A stretch of 64,000 nt of DNA from Thermoproteales archaeon (GCA_021161825.1 JAGGZW010000130.1:1503-65502); one strand, 5' to 3'; shown: positions 40,400-50,338, counted from the stretch's first letter. Translations and numbers: made by a program. The notes: generated from the letters alone by a model not told the origin.

Positions 40400-40772
40400 C
40401 AAGAAAATTTATCAAAAACTTGATAAAAATCTTGCAAAATTTGGAGATTCTATTGTGAATTTTGTCGTGTCGGCTGCTCTTACAATTTTTTATAAGAAAC
40501 CTCAAGGAGTAAAAGTGAAAAATCATGTCTTAAGATCCGCCTGGCTTAATACTCATAATAGGTTGGGTGTAAGAAAGCCTTTTTTAATGCCAGAGGATTT
40601 AGCAGAGGCTTACATAGCTTATCTATGGTTAACTCATAAATTGAGTATTGAAGATATGATCAAAATTTTAATATCGCATCTAGTAAATTTAAAACCAGAC
40701 CCGAAAAGAACGGAAGAAGCTATAAAAAGGGGTTTAGAGGAAATACTCAGAAAAGGTGGAATTAATGAATAA
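40383..40772 (+). CDS. small RNase III-like domain protein (tentative)
   Basis: NLAKFGDSIVNFVVS resembles the RNase III signature (..LEFLGDS..) but has Ala at the first catalytic Glu position. EDLAEAYIAYLWL resembles the second motif (D..EA.IGA..L). Confidence 0.35.
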   Translation: MKERDNKKIYQKLDKNLAKFGDSIVNFVVSAALTIFYKKPQGVKVKNHVLRSAWLNTHNRLGVRKPFLMPEDLAEAYIAYLWLTHKLSIEDMIKILISHLVNLKPDPKRTEEAIKRGLEEILRKGGINE

Positions 40773-41499
40773 ATTATTTCTAGATGTAAATAAACGTGAT
40801 ATAAAAAATAAGGTTTTAGTGGCTGGTTTCCATGGTATTGGTTCAGTGGGTTGGATTACTGTAAACTTTCTATGTGATAAGTTGAAAGCCAGACGGATAG
40901 GGATAATAGTAACAGATAATATACCCCTGTTTGCTGCTAGAAAAGAAGATTTTATTGTAACACCTTACGAGTTATATTTAGCTGAAAACTTTTTATTTCT
41001 GAAATGTAATATGCCAGTTTCATCCGAGGAAGCCTATTCTGTTTTAAAATATGTGATCGATCTAGTTAATGAAGAAGCAATAAAAGAAGCTTTTTTGATT
41101 GGAGGTTTAGATTCGAGGCTTAAAAAGGAAAACGATGAAAAAATTCGTTATATTTGTACTCGCTCTCTACACCAAAATCTTAACGATAAAATAGTTAAAA
41201 ATAAGAGATTAACAAAACTGGAAAAAGGACTTTATGTAGTAGGTCCCTTGGCTTTATTACTGATCTACTTTGAAGCTTTGAAAGTTCCAACTTTAACTAT
41301 ATTACCATATGCAAAAATTGACCGCCCAGACCCAGAAGCCGCTTCAGAAGCAGTGAAAATTTTCAGCTACATTTACGATAGGAAAATCGATTATCTTGAT
41401 TTAATTGAGCAGGCTAAAGAAGTAGAGAGGTATTTAAACGAGATACAAAAGAAGCTAGAGGAGATGCGGAAAGAAGAAAGTAAGTTAATCTATATTTAA
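40756..41499 (+). CDS. PAC2-family proteasome assembly chaperone-like protein
   Basis: VAGFHGIGSVGWITVNFL near the N-terminus and an acidic helical tail. ~245 aa. Confidence 0.6.
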   Translation: MELMNKLFLDVNKRDIKNKVLVAGFHGIGSVGWITVNFLCDKLKARRIGIIVTDNIPLFAARKEDFIVTPYELYLAENFLFLKCNMPVSSEEAYSVLKYVIDLVNEEAIKEAFLIGGLDSRLKKENDEKIRYICTRSLHQNLNDKIVKNKRLTKLEKGLYVVGPLALLLIYFEALKVPTLTILPYAKIDRPDPEAASEAVKIFSYIYDRKIDYLDLIEQAKEVERYLNEIQKKLEEMRKEESKLIYI

Positions 41500-43092
41500 A
41501 ATTTTATGTAAAAATTGCGATGCAGATTTTTCATCCTTGATTCTGCTTACACTATAATATATTGTTTTAATGCTTGGACATTTACTTTTTAATTTTTTAA
41601 TGAATGATTTTTTAACGTTGATGAGCTCGTCATCTATTATAAATATTATTTTTGTGTAGTTATTTGAGTGCTTGATTAGATAACTACTTAAGGCGTACCT
41701 GAGGATTTTACTTATACTTCTGGTAATAAGTCTACTCACCTTATATTGAGACAGAGGAAAAATTTCTGAGAGTTCTATTGGAACTATCCCAAAAATTGGT
41801 GAGTATACGATTATGTGGCAGGAAATTCCTTTGTTTTTAATTAGTTTGTAAATTATTGAGATTGGCCCGTAACGAGTATATGGTTTTTCGGGGGTTTCTG
41901 GCAATATTAACAAGGTATTACAAGTTGGAGGAAGATATCTACTATCAAGTCGTCTGACATGCCTATATATTTCAGGTCGCCAAATAGACGTAGGTAGAGA
42001 AAAAGTTAAGCCACGCACGGGTTGTCTGGTAACCGGATGATGTTTTTCGAGGAATTTTACATATTTTCTTAGTCTACACAGTGCATCCATAATAGCCGGT
42101 TGACCTGCTGCCTTTCTTTCTATTAACTCCCAAAGCCAACCTTCGTGTATTGCTTGTTTTATTGTTTTAATTTCTTTAGAAATAACATAAAGATTGTGAA
42201 GAGCTATCTTCTGCTCTAATTCCTCTCTCGGTAGCTCTTTCAAATCTTCAATCTTATACTTTGAGCATATAGGACAATTACACGGTAATTCTTTTAACCT
42301 TTCAAAGCGCAGAACACCGTAACCGGTCATATACCGTAAATCTTTAGCATAAATAGCATATGCTGCTGAGTCGAAAAGATCTATCCCTAGAGCTACAGCT
42401 AAGGACAACATAACGGGATTCCCGCCTCCAAACAAGTGTACAGGTTTATCTGGAGGCAGCCATGTCTTAGCTCTTACTACTGCATCTGCCATTGCCACAA
42501 AATTATATCGCTCCATTAGTTGTGTGAATCCTCCAATAGCGAAAATATCGAAATTCATGTCTGACATTTCACGTGCAGAGTATTCTACCAAGTCCAGGTA
42601 TATGCTTCCTTGTACTGGTCCTACCAAGAGCATTTCTCCCTTTCGCATCTCCAAGGCCTTCTTCGCGCGGCGTAAAGTTTCTTCAACTCTTTCCTTAGCC
42701 TCCTCTTGCGAAAGACCTGGAGGTGTGGGTAAATCAAGGATTACACCAATATCAGAACCTATAGCTTCTTCAAATCTTAGAATCTCCTCAGGCGTTACAT
42801 CAATTTTTCCGTAGGTCATTAATTGGTAAGCCCCCGAATCTGTCATAACAGGCTTCTCTACTCCAAGAATCCTGTGAACACTTAATTCTTCGGCAAGCTC
42901 GCCGTATTGCTTTTTCAATATGTAGGCGTTAGTCATAAGCAGAGGGAAATTTAGATCTACGATTTTAGCTGGTATTATTATATTTTTTGAAGGATTTACT
43001 ACAGGAGCGATCGCCGGAGTCTCGATTTTGCCATGTCTAGTTTCTAATATTCCAATCCTACCGGCAAGATCTTTCTCTAAAATCTCAAACAT
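41485..43092 (-). CDS. tgtA: archaeosine tRNA-guanine transglycosylase
   Basis: ILETRHGKIETPAIAPVVNP, TDSGAYQ, GGNPVML, and Zn site CNCPIC. Overlaps the PAC2 gene 3' end by 15 nt. Confidence 0.85.
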   Translation of the reverse strand: MFEILEKDLAGRIGILETRHGKIETPAIAPVVNPSKNIIIPAKIVDLNFPLLMTNAYILKKQYGELAEELSVHRILGVEKPVMTDSGAYQLMTYGKIDVTPEEILRFEEAIGSDIGVILDLPTPPGLSQEEAKERVEETLRRAKKALEMRKGEMLLVGPVQGSIYLDLVEYSAREMSDMNFDIFAIGGFTQLMERYNFVAMADAVVRAKTWLPPDKPVHLFGGGNPVMLSLAVALGIDLFDSAAYAIYAKDLRYMTGYGVLRFERLKELPCNCPICSKYKIEDLKELPREELEQKIALHNLYVISKEIKTIKQAIHEGWLWELIERKAAGQPAIMDALCRLRKYVKFLEKHHPVTRQPVRGLTFSLPTSIWRPEIYRHVRRLDSRYLPPTCNTLLILPETPEKPYTRYGPISIIYKLIKNKGISCHIIVYSPIFGIVPIELSEIFPLSQYKVSRLITRSISKILRYALSSYLIKHSNNYTKIIFIIDDELINVKKSFIKKLKSKCPSIKTIYYSVSRIKDEKSASQFLHKILNID

Positions 43093-43448
43093 TTTATCAA
43101 ACGCTCCTATTGCAAATTTATGCTTACTCTATTCGTCTCCTGCCTCTTATGGAGTCTTGTCATCTATATATTCATTGCTTCATTAAATTCATCTCAATGC
43201 ATGTTTCACCACTTATGATGCCACCAGTCTAATAAAAACACTATTGAAGAATACTAGATGATTCCCCTGCCAATATGTTTGAAAACAATAAACAAATTTT
43301 TTGAGTATAAGGAGTGGGCAGTTAGGATTTTGAGGCTAAAAATTGTCTTACTAATACAACTACAGTTGTTTACGCGTCAAATAACTAAATAAACTTTAAA
43401 TGTAAAACATAAAAATAAAAATTTTTATATTGAAACTGTTGATCATAT

Positions 43449-43913
43449 TTATTCTATTTTTTTAGCTTTTGCTTTTTCAATAAAATCATTGAAGATGTCT
43501 TTTACCCTTTCGGCCATTGGACCAGATCCTTCAACACCTTTCTCGGTAACCCTTATTTTATCCATTACTAGTATAACTCTAGAATCAGGATAGTATTTAA
43601 CCATTCTGGGAAATCTTTCTTCTAATCTTCTAGCTAATTCACCAAGATCTAGTGGTTCTTCTATTAGGAATATTTCTGAAATAGTGCTTCCATATATTAT
43701 AATCCTATGATATTCGTTTCCTGCCATATCTTTTGCATCCGCAAGTACAATGCTGTAATTTGAAGACTCATATCCCACTAATCTTCCACTGTATTCCTTC
43801 CCACTTTTTGTTCTCACAGCTACAAGTTTGTCAACCATTGCCGAAAACTCCGCGGTAAATCGTCTAGATGGTATATCTATTATACTCAAATCTTTACACC
43901 TCTCTATTACCAC
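43449..43913 (-). CDS. Sm-like (LSm) domain protein with C-terminal extension
   Basis: Sm1-like VAVRTKSGKEYSGRLVGYESSNYSIVLADA and Sm2-like IIIYGSTISEIFL, followed by a ~70-aa extra domain. Confidence 0.5.
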   Translation of the reverse strand: MVIERCKDLSIIDIPSRRFTAEFSAMVDKLVAVRTKSGKEYSGRLVGYESSNYSIVLADAKDMAGNEYHRIIIYGSTISEIFLIEEPLDLGELARRLEERFPRMVKYYPDSRVILVMDKIRVTEKGVEGSGPMAERVKDIFNDFIEKAKAKKIE

Positions 43914-44077
43914 CCTAACTTACTCATGCAAAAACATCTTTTCTTTTATATTTTTCCCTATCGTTACCTTGGCAACGACTTTACTAATCAAAATATTAAA
44001 GGAATGATGTCACGGAAAATTAATAAGCAAAAACTGATATAGTGAGAAAGAATAAACACTGATAAGGTATTCAAAAT

Positions 44078-44443
44078 ATGAAAGAAGAAGTAAGTTATAA
44101 AGTTGAAAAAACTGAAAAACACCCGTTCGAAAATATTTATACGTTACTGCTTTCAAAGAACAACAAAAAAATTTCTATAGAAATTCCTACCATGATATTT
44201 GAAGATCTAGGAATCAGTGCAGAAAAAATTGATACTGTTAAATTAGTAGTATTTAAGCAAAAACCAGATCTTGAGCCTTGGGATTTAGTACTACGTGCAA
44301 TAGTTTACAAGATAAAAATGACTGACACTAAGGAAAAAACCGTATATGCTTCAGCTGGTGGTCTTCAAATAAGAATATTTGGAGAGGAATCGGAAACTTT
44401 CAGCGAAGACGAATATATTTATTTGGCATTAAAATTTGCATAG
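44078..44443 (+). CDS. RNA polymerase subunit Rpo8 (RpoG)-like protein (tentative)
   Basis: 121 aa. ASAGGLQIRIFGEE resembles the SxGGL(L/M).(L/I).G motif of Rpb8/Rpo8. From memory only. Confidence 0.4.
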   Translation: MKEEVSYKVEKTEKHPFENIYTLLLSKNNKKISIEIPTMIFEDLGISAEKIDTVKLVVFKQKPDLEPWDLVLRAIVYKIKMTDTKEKTVYASAGGLQIRIFGEESETFSEDEYIYLALKFA

Positions 44444-44492
44444 TAATATAGAGAAGAAATTTTAATCTATTTGAACAGCATATTATACGACC

Positions 44493-44789
44493 ATGTTTAC
44501 GCATAATGACATATTAAGAATTAGAGAATGGGCTGAAAAAAGAAATGCCAAAATTATATTTCGTTTCAAAAATTATCCTTACATATTAGTGATAGAAAAA
44601 ATGATAAAATCTCAAGATATAAATGAGCGAACAGTTGACTGGATCCGGGCTTTTGGAACTAAAAGGCCTCATCAAGTAATATCTAGCATGCCTATTGATA
44701 GTATAACGATATATTATAAGACTAGCGGTGAAGAGGAAAAATTAAAAAACCCGAGACAATTACTCCAAAAGGCAACATCAAATTTATAA
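44493..44789 (+). CDS. hypothetical protein
   Basis: 98-aa ORF with reasonable composition and no recognised motif. Confidence 0.35.
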   Translation: MFTHNDILRIREWAEKRNAKIIFRFKNYPYILVIEKMIKSQDINERTVDWIRAFGTKRPHQVISSMPIDSITIYYKTSGEEEKLKNPRQLLQKATSNL

Positions 44790-44818
44790 TATAGATATTA
44801 AATGTCATAAATACGATA

Positions 44819-44913
44819 GGGCCCGTAGCTTAGTAAGGTAGAGCACCCGGCTCTTAATTTAGACACCCAAAGGAGAGACCGGGGGGTCGCGGGTTCAAAT
44901 CCCGCCGGGCCCG
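44819..44913 (+). tRNA. tRNA-Lys(CUU) with ~21-nt canonical intron
   Basis: GGGCCCG-TA-GCTT..GAGC-A-CCCGG-CTCTTA[ATTTAGACACCCAAAGGAGAG]A-CCGGG-GGGTC-GCGGG-TTCAAAT-CCCGC-CGGGCCC-G. Confidence 0.9.
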
Positions 44914-44977
44914 TAACATAATTCCAATACTTTATAATCATGTTTTTATAGGATTACTCACATTTTTTGAGGGGATT

Positions 44978-45283
44978 TTGAAGATAATATCTGCTGCAGG
45001 CATCGCTTGCATATTCATATTGCTCTTTGCAAGCATTGTTTATGCTCAGCCAGCGGAATCGGAGATTATCGAAGAAATAATAGCAAGTTTTGAAGAAATT
45101 GTAATTAGTGGCTTAAATCGATTGTTAACAGCGATCATAAACATTGCAAGAGCGATTTATATTCTACTTGGTATTGCTGGTGTGATACTTTGGGCTACAG
45201 GTTTTAATCCAGGGAGGGGGAAACAATTGATTATTGGAGCTATAGTAATCGCAGTACTTCTAGAAATGCTTACAAAGATGTAA
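44978..45283 (+). CDS. small secreted/2-TM membrane protein
   Basis: TTG start. Signal-like N-terminus ending VYAQP, an acidic linker, then two hydrophobic helices. Lies between two tRNA genes. Confidence 0.4.
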   Translation: MKIISAAGIACIFILLFASIVYAQPAESEIIEEIIASFEEIVISGLNRLLTAIINIARAIYILLGIAGVILWATGFNPGRGKQLIIGAIVIAVLLEMLTKM

Positions 45284-45336
45284 GCTGAGGATTTATCGAG
45301 GAAAAATTTAAAACCCTACTATTTTATAACAAATAT

Positions 45337-45433
45337 GCCGGGGTAGCTCAGCTCGGTAGAGCATCCGGCTGTTAAAAGTATACATTGCTTTACAGAGACC
45401 GGATGGTCGCGGGTTCAAGTCCCGCCCCCGGCG
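45337..45433 (+). tRNA. tRNA-Asn(GUU) with ~23-nt intron
   Basis: GCCGGGG-TA-GCTC..GAGC-A-TCCGG-CTGTTAA[AAGTATACATTGCTTTACAGAGA]CCGGA-TGGTC-GCGGG-TTCAAGT-CCCGC-CCCCGGC-G. Confidence 0.9.
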
Positions 45434-45553
45434 TTTCCTTTTATCTACTACCTATGGTTTGTAAAGTTTGGCCTGGCATGTAATTTAGAGAAAAGATATT
45501 TCAGATTTTTGGTAGAATTGCCTGAAGTATAGAGTTCTGCAAATTAGAAGCTT

Positions 45554-46117
45554 CTATCTGCCTTCAACATATTCAATAACTATTTTACCTGCAGATTCTT
45601 TAGCAATAATCTTGCTTAATCCTGTAGGATCATCAATAATTATTGTTAACTCCCCTCCCTTCTGTTTTACTTTTGCAATATACTCTCTAATCCTTGTTAC
45701 TTCCTCGTCATTGGTTCTATTATCTTCTAAAACTCTAATTCTATCTATAGCATCCTCTATTCTAGAAAGGATGCCCTCTATATTTGTTATAAAAACTGGA
45801 GCATCAACACCGGGTTCTATGACTGCACCGAGTTCTGGAATGTATATGGTGGCTGTACTAGTTCTCACTATTTTTGAATACAAGTCCTTTTTCTCGGTTG
45901 CTTTGTATACTATTATTTTTCTTTTTTTGATTTCTAATGGTATTATTTCAGTTTTTTTATAGCCACATTTCTCACATAATTTAGAAACTATTAACGTTCT
46001 GCCCAAGTGAGGCTGTAGATGAATTACCTCGTTAATCTTAAATGTTTTATCACCACACATGGGACAAATTTCTGTATAAGTATTTTTGTATTCGACGAAT
46101 ATAGTTTCGTTATTCAT
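45554..46117 (-). CDS. ZPR1-type zinc finger protein
   Basis: CPMCG...CEKCGYK zinc ribbon followed by the ZPR1 beta-helix-like region. ~190 aa, as in archaeal ZPR1 homologs. Confidence 0.6.
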   Translation of the reverse strand: MNNETIFVEYKNTYTEICPMCGDKTFKINEVIHLQPHLGRTLIVSKLCEKCGYKKTEIIPLEIKKRKIIVYKATEKKDLYSKIVRTSTATIYIPELGAVIEPGVDAPVFITNIEGILSRIEDAIDRIRVLEDNRTNDEEVTRIREYIAKVKQKGGELTIIIDDPTGLSKIIAKESAGKIVIEYVEGR

Positions 46118-46200
46118 AAAAACTCCGATTTTATCCGTTTAAATATATAGGCCTCCTCATAATATTTAGAGGTCTATTATAAATTAAGTGGTGCGTCTAC

Positions 46201-46551
46201 TTGAAAGATGAAACATTAGTAAAAAAGATGGCGGAGCTCCTAAAGAGCGGAGCAACCATGCTGGATAAGACATGCCCCGTATGCAACACTCCTCTTTTTA
46301 GGCTAAAAAACGATGATGTCGTATGTCCAAAGTGCAATAGTAGAGTATATATCGTTAGTAGCGAAGAAGAAGAATCAAGGGTTTTCAGTAGCTTAGCTAT
46401 CAGTAATTTAGAAAAAACTATTGCGACAAAAATCAATGATCTTGATAATAGGCTACAACGGACAAGCGACTTAGATGAATTAAAGCTGTTAACTATGATT
46501 CTACTCGGCCTACTTGACGCTCTTGACAAAATAAGAAAGTTGACAAAATGA
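46201..46551 (+). CDS. UPF0148 / autoantigen p27-family zinc-ribbon protein
   Basis: MAELLKSGATMLDKTCPVCNTPLFRLKNDDVVCPKC. TTG at 46201 or ATG at 46228. Confidence 0.65.
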   Translation: MKDETLVKKMAELLKSGATMLDKTCPVCNTPLFRLKNDDVVCPKCNSRVYIVSSEEEESRVFSSLAISNLEKTIATKINDLDNRLQRTSDLDELKLLTMILLGLLDALDKIRKLTK

Positions 46552-47246
46552 AAATCGTGCGCATACAAGATAGTAAACATGTAAAATATAGTAACGAACA
46601 TTGGAAATTACTGCGTAGTCTAAGAGCCTATGCTTTGAGAATAATGAAAATTCTCTTAAATTCAGGACTTGACCCTATAGTGCATGGAAGTATTGCAAGA
46701 GGAGATGTTCATAAAAATAGCGATATTGATATTGTAATACCCTACTATACGAATCCATTCTTAATAGAAAATGCCCTAGATATGGCAGGGATTTCTCTAT
46801 TGAAAAAAGAAATAGTGCAAGCCACACCAAGGCACGCAATTAAAGCAAGCATTTATATTGATGAAAGGACAGTCGTAACATTTCCCTTATCGAAATTATC
46901 TAGACTTGAAAGAGAATTTTATAGATTCAGTGGAGAGATAAATTCTGATGATCTAGAAAAAAATCTGAGAGTACCCGGAGTTAATAAAAAATTACTGGCA
47001 ATAATTCCAGTAGAGGATGGTCATATAGAATTTTCCATAATTGGAAGAGAACATGAAGTTGCTGAAATTTTAAAAGTATCAATTGACATAGTGAAAGAAA
47101 GAGAGTATATCCTGACGAGACGAGACGAGAAAGGACGTACTGGTGTCTTTGTACATAAAGAACTCCCACCAGACATGAGCATAGCAGAAGCTGCTTTAAA
47201 AATAGCACGTCAAAATCTTATGTTTAGAAAACAATTAATAATCTAA
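46548..47246 (+). CDS. Pol-beta-superfamily nucleotidyltransferase
   Basis: HGSIARGDVHKNSDIDIVI (GS...D.D motif). 4-nt ATGA overlap with the upstream gene. Confidence 0.6.
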   Translation: MKIVRIQDSKHVKYSNEHWKLLRSLRAYALRIMKILLNSGLDPIVHGSIARGDVHKNSDIDIVIPYYTNPFLIENALDMAGISLLKKEIVQATPRHAIKASIYIDERTVVTFPLSKLSRLEREFYRFSGEINSDDLEKNLRVPGVNKKLLAIIPVEDGHIEFSIIGREHEVAEILKVSIDIVKEREYILTRRDEKGRTGVFVHKELPPDMSIAEAALKIARQNLMFRKQLII

Positions 47247-48319
47247 CTAAAAACTGGAAAATATAGGAAAGCAACAATGCCTCCTAGTGATTTAAGCTTT
47301 ATTCCATGTTCATGATCATCAGATATTATAATTATTTCACCCTTGGACTTTTCAATGTTGTCCAATAAATAGCTAAACTCTTCATTAGCTTTTAGCTCGA
47401 AGAATATCGTATCTGTAATGAGCAGTTTTTCGATTGCAGCAATTTCAGCAGCTTTAATAACTTCTCTTAGCCCAATAGCTACTCGTCTTTCACCTTTTTC
47501 TAATTGTTTAAAAATCTGGTCAACAAGATTTTTCTCGTAGTTCAATTTAAGCTCGGTAACAACCTTAGCTAGCTTTCCATCCCTTACTAACTCATAAATT
47601 CCCGAAAGCCCCCCCTCTGTAACATTCAAGAACATAGCTTTTTTGTATAATTCTTTCTGATATCTAGCTAGATAATTACGGAAAAAATCTTCAAGTAAAG
47701 CTGGTGCCGCTATTATAACCCTATCGTAACTATCCTTTTGTAAGAGAAATTTTATTTCCTCTAATATACTTCTCCAATAATCACGGTATTCTTCAGTATA
47801 AGATTTTTTACCTCTATCATGTTTTACCACCTTGCATGCTATAGTGGCTATTATCTCTATACCACTTTTGCTTATTTTACCAAATACAGTTTCTTGATCG
47901 CCTATGCAAATTAGTAAGTTTTTATAAGTTCTACGCGCTGCTTTTTCTAATATTCGTAAATAAATATTTGGCAGATTTTTCTTTATTATCTTTACTTCGG
48001 CTACAGGCTGTAACGATAATGTATGATAATGTCCTTTTATGTGCAGGTATTCTGGAGCTTCGATAACTTTTCCAAGTATTCTTAACCTATCTGTAAACTT
48101 TTGAAATTCTAGCTTTTCTACAACAATACCCAAGTATATCCTAACTCTTTCTCCTTTTTCGCTTTTTCCCATCCCTGTTTCTATTCTTATCTGTCTCCAA
48201 GTCCAAGCATATACTATATCGTTTTTATCAAGAATTAGTGATAAATAATACAAGTCTTCCTTTTGTTCGATTATTAATTCTATTGTTTTTTCCTCCAAAT
48301 TTATATCCTTTATTTTCAT
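47243..48319 (-). CDS. pelA: Pelota (Dom34) mRNA surveillance factor
   Basis: ~358 aa. The N-terminal Sm-like domain begins MKIKDINLEEKTIELIIE..DLYYLSLIL, and the eRF1-like C-terminal domains end in GGIVAFLYF. Confidence 0.8.
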   Translation of the reverse strand: MKIKDINLEEKTIELIIEQKEDLYYLSLILDKNDIVYAWTWRQIRIETGMGKSEKGERVRIYLGIVVEKLEFQKFTDRLRILGKVIEAPEYLHIKGHYHTLSLQPVAEVKIIKKNLPNIYLRILEKAARRTYKNLLICIGDQETVFGKISKSGIEIIATIACKVVKHDRGKKSYTEEYRDYWRSILEEIKFLLQKDSYDRVIIAAPALLEDFFRNYLARYQKELYKKAMFLNVTEGGLSGIYELVRDGKLAKVVTELKLNYEKNLVDQIFKQLEKGERRVAIGLREVIKAAEIAAIEKLLITDTIFFELKANEEFSYLLDNIEKSKGEIIIISDDHEHGIKLKSLGGIVAFLYFPVFS

Positions 48320-49014
48320 ATTTGCTCCTCATGAATGTCTAAGACATCTTCCACTGCGCAGATAACCTCTGCTGTTACTACCCAGGCATCTAAAATATAT
48401 TTGCTTATCGAAAACTCCTTGTCCACTATTTTTTTTATATTGCTTGATAAAGGTCCGTGCTGATAAGCTCCAATAACTACCATTGGCAATTCGTATTTTA
48501 TTATCTCCCTCGCTAGCATTCTTGGAGAAAGCTGTTCGCCGTCTTCAGTTAAAAGGAATATTTCTGAGGGGTTGTATTTCTCTAATATTATTTCTAAATC
48601 TTTTCCGATCACTCTCATAAGAACTTTATCACCCACGGGGGGTACTCGACCTACCGTCAAAAGCTGCTCGATCAATCCAACGAACCTATTATAGTTACGA
48701 GGAAGTCTTATTTCGGGATCGATTGAGATAATGTCGTTACAATAAGTTTGTATTATGGGGAGGAGCTTACCAGCTTTGCAAAGCGGTGAGCCTAGTGCCA
48801 TTAGCAAACAGAAATGGACAATATCTGGGCGTCCCCTTTTTCTGAAGTCTTTAAGTTTTTTCATAGCATGATAATGCAGAGAGATATCCAGCAGCATTTC
48901 GCCTGGCTTTTTAGATCTTTTTCTAGAATGCGCTTTTATGACAGGGTGATTCCATATTTCCTTTGGGATAAGCTCTATGGCCGCGTCAGCAAAAAGCATG
49001 ATTAATTGTTTCAT
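48316..49014 (-). CDS. nep1: ribosome biogenesis SPOUT methyltransferase Nep1
   Basis: GRPDIVHFCLLMALGSPL and the SPOUT knot region. The ATG at 49014 (MKQLIMLFADAAIELIPKE) is preferred over the track start at 49125. Confidence 0.8.
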   Translation of the reverse strand: MKQLIMLFADAAIELIPKEIWNHPVIKAHSRKRSKKPGEMLLDISLHYHAMKKLKDFRKRGRPDIVHFCLLMALGSPLCKAGKLLPIIQTYCNDIISIDPEIRLPRNYNRFVGLIEQLLTVGRVPPVGDKVLMRVIGKDLEIILEKYNPSEIFLLTEDGEQLSPRMLAREIIKYELPMVVIGAYQHGPLSSNIKKIVDKEFSISKYILDAWVVTAEVICAVEDVLDIHEEQI

Positions 49015-49077
49015 TAGCCCTTCCTCGTGAATATTTTTATTCATAACTTTAAAATAATTGAAAGCCAAAAGTATTTT

Positions 49078-49407
49078 GTGCATAAACGAAAAGACATAGG
49101 CTTTATAAAAGACTTGGCTCTGCAACGTATAGAAATACTTTTTGAGAATGCAGATAAGACTTTTTTAAAAGATCCCCAACTTGCTCAAAAATACGTAAAT
49201 CTTGCCTTAAGAATAGCACAGTCGTCCAGAATAAAAATACCGAAAAAATATAAATTGCGAATATGCAAGTTCTGCAAAAACTACTTATGGCCCGGTATAA
49301 ACGCAACCATACGCTTACGAACAAATAGACAGCCTCATATCGTTATTAAATGTCATGCTTGCGGTCGCATAGCTAGAATACCATATAAGCCTCAAAAGGC
49401 AAAATAG
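49078..49407 (+). CDS. rnp4: RNase P protein component 4 (Rpp21)
   Basis: ALQRIEILFENA, then zinc ribbon CKFC...CHACG. GTG at 49078 is preferred. The track start at 49027 is also GTG. Confidence 0.75.
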   Translation: MHKRKDIGFIKDLALQRIEILFENADKTFLKDPQLAQKYVNLALRIAQSSRIKIPKKYKLRICKFCKNYLWPGINATIRLRTNRQPHIVIKCHACGRIARIPYKPQKAK

Positions 49408-49420
49408 AATTATTACGGCA

Positions 49421-50245
49421 CTATATTTCAAGCTTCCTTAAAGTATTTACTATATTTATAAAATCTTCTGGTGTTAGCTGGTATACTCTCAATCGAGAAT
49501 TTATTCCTACCTCCGATAATATCTTTTCAAAATCTATCGAAGGATACTTAAGCATAATATATTCTCTTAAAACCTTACCAATGTTCTTTCTTCTACGCGA
49601 AAACATAAATCTTAATATATCATCTATAAGCTTGGTATCTATACAAGGACTCTTAAGCGGCTTTATCTTAATTAATACGGCGTCTACATCGGGCTCTGGA
49701 TAAAAGCATTTACGCGAAATAAATGTTAAAACCTCCATTCTAGCCCTAGATTGAAATGAAACTGTTAATCTTCCATAAGCTTTAGTTCCAGGCTTAGCTC
49801 TCAACCTATCAACAAATTCTTTCTGAAAAGACATTACTGCAAAGTCGTAGTACGGTTCGTCTAATAATTTAAAAAGCAAGGGCGAAGATATCGAAAACGG
49901 AGTATTTGAGAAAATTTTATCAACTCGAGGAATGCTCATATCCAGTATATTAGCTGAAATTATTTCAACATTGTCAAAATCTCTCAACTCTCTTCTTAAC
50001 AATTCGACTAGACGCTTATCGATTTCTACTGCTAGAACTTTTAAACATCTTTCTGCGATAACGCGTGTGACTGTTCCTATCCCAGCGCCTATTTCTAAAA
50101 CTATTTCATTATTTTTAAGTTCCAGACTATTTACTATTATATCCAAAATTTTCTTATCTACTAAGAAATGTTGGGACAGCCGCTTTTTAGGATAGACTCT
50201 ATATTTCCTTAGTATCTTCTTAGTATACTCTAATAGCTCCTTCAT
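49421..50245 (-). CDS. rsmA: 16S rRNA dimethyladenosine transferase (KsgA/Dim1)
   Basis: LSQHFLVD, EIGAGIGTVT, NTPFSISSPL. Confidence 0.85.
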   Translation of the reverse strand: MKELLEYTKKILRKYRVYPKKRLSQHFLVDKKILDIIVNSLELKNNEIVLEIGAGIGTVTRVIAERCLKVLAVEIDKRLVELLRRELRDFDNVEIISANILDMSIPRVDKIFSNTPFSISSPLLFKLLDEPYYDFAVMSFQKEFVDRLRAKPGTKAYGRLTVSFQSRARMEVLTFISRKCFYPEPDVDAVLIKIKPLKSPCIDTKLIDDILRFMFSRRRKNIGKVLREYIMLKYPSIDFEKILSEVGINSRLRVYQLTPEDFINIVNTLRKLEI

Positions 50246-50338
50246 ATCTCTCTAAACTCTTACTTTATATCTTTAACATATATACAATATCTAGTTGTAT
50301 TTATTGAAGAAGAATCTGCGCTAGTTGGCGATGAAACT

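Noticed and set aside
44020-44075. AATGATGT ... CTGA ... CTGA as a C/D box sRNA upstream of the Rpo8-like gene
   Set aside because: The box spacing does not fit 12-nt guides. There is no terminal stem, and the guides are almost pure A/T. It is probably promoter or leader sequence.
46197-46601. 134-aa minus-strand ORF, and other antisense ORFs inside long genes (e.g. 1388-1747, 25984-26403, 35703-36023, 42524-42814)
   Set aside because: They are shadow ORFs opposite well-supported genes. Their composition is Ser/Leu/Phe/Ile-rich, typical of antisense reading of AT-rich coding sequence.
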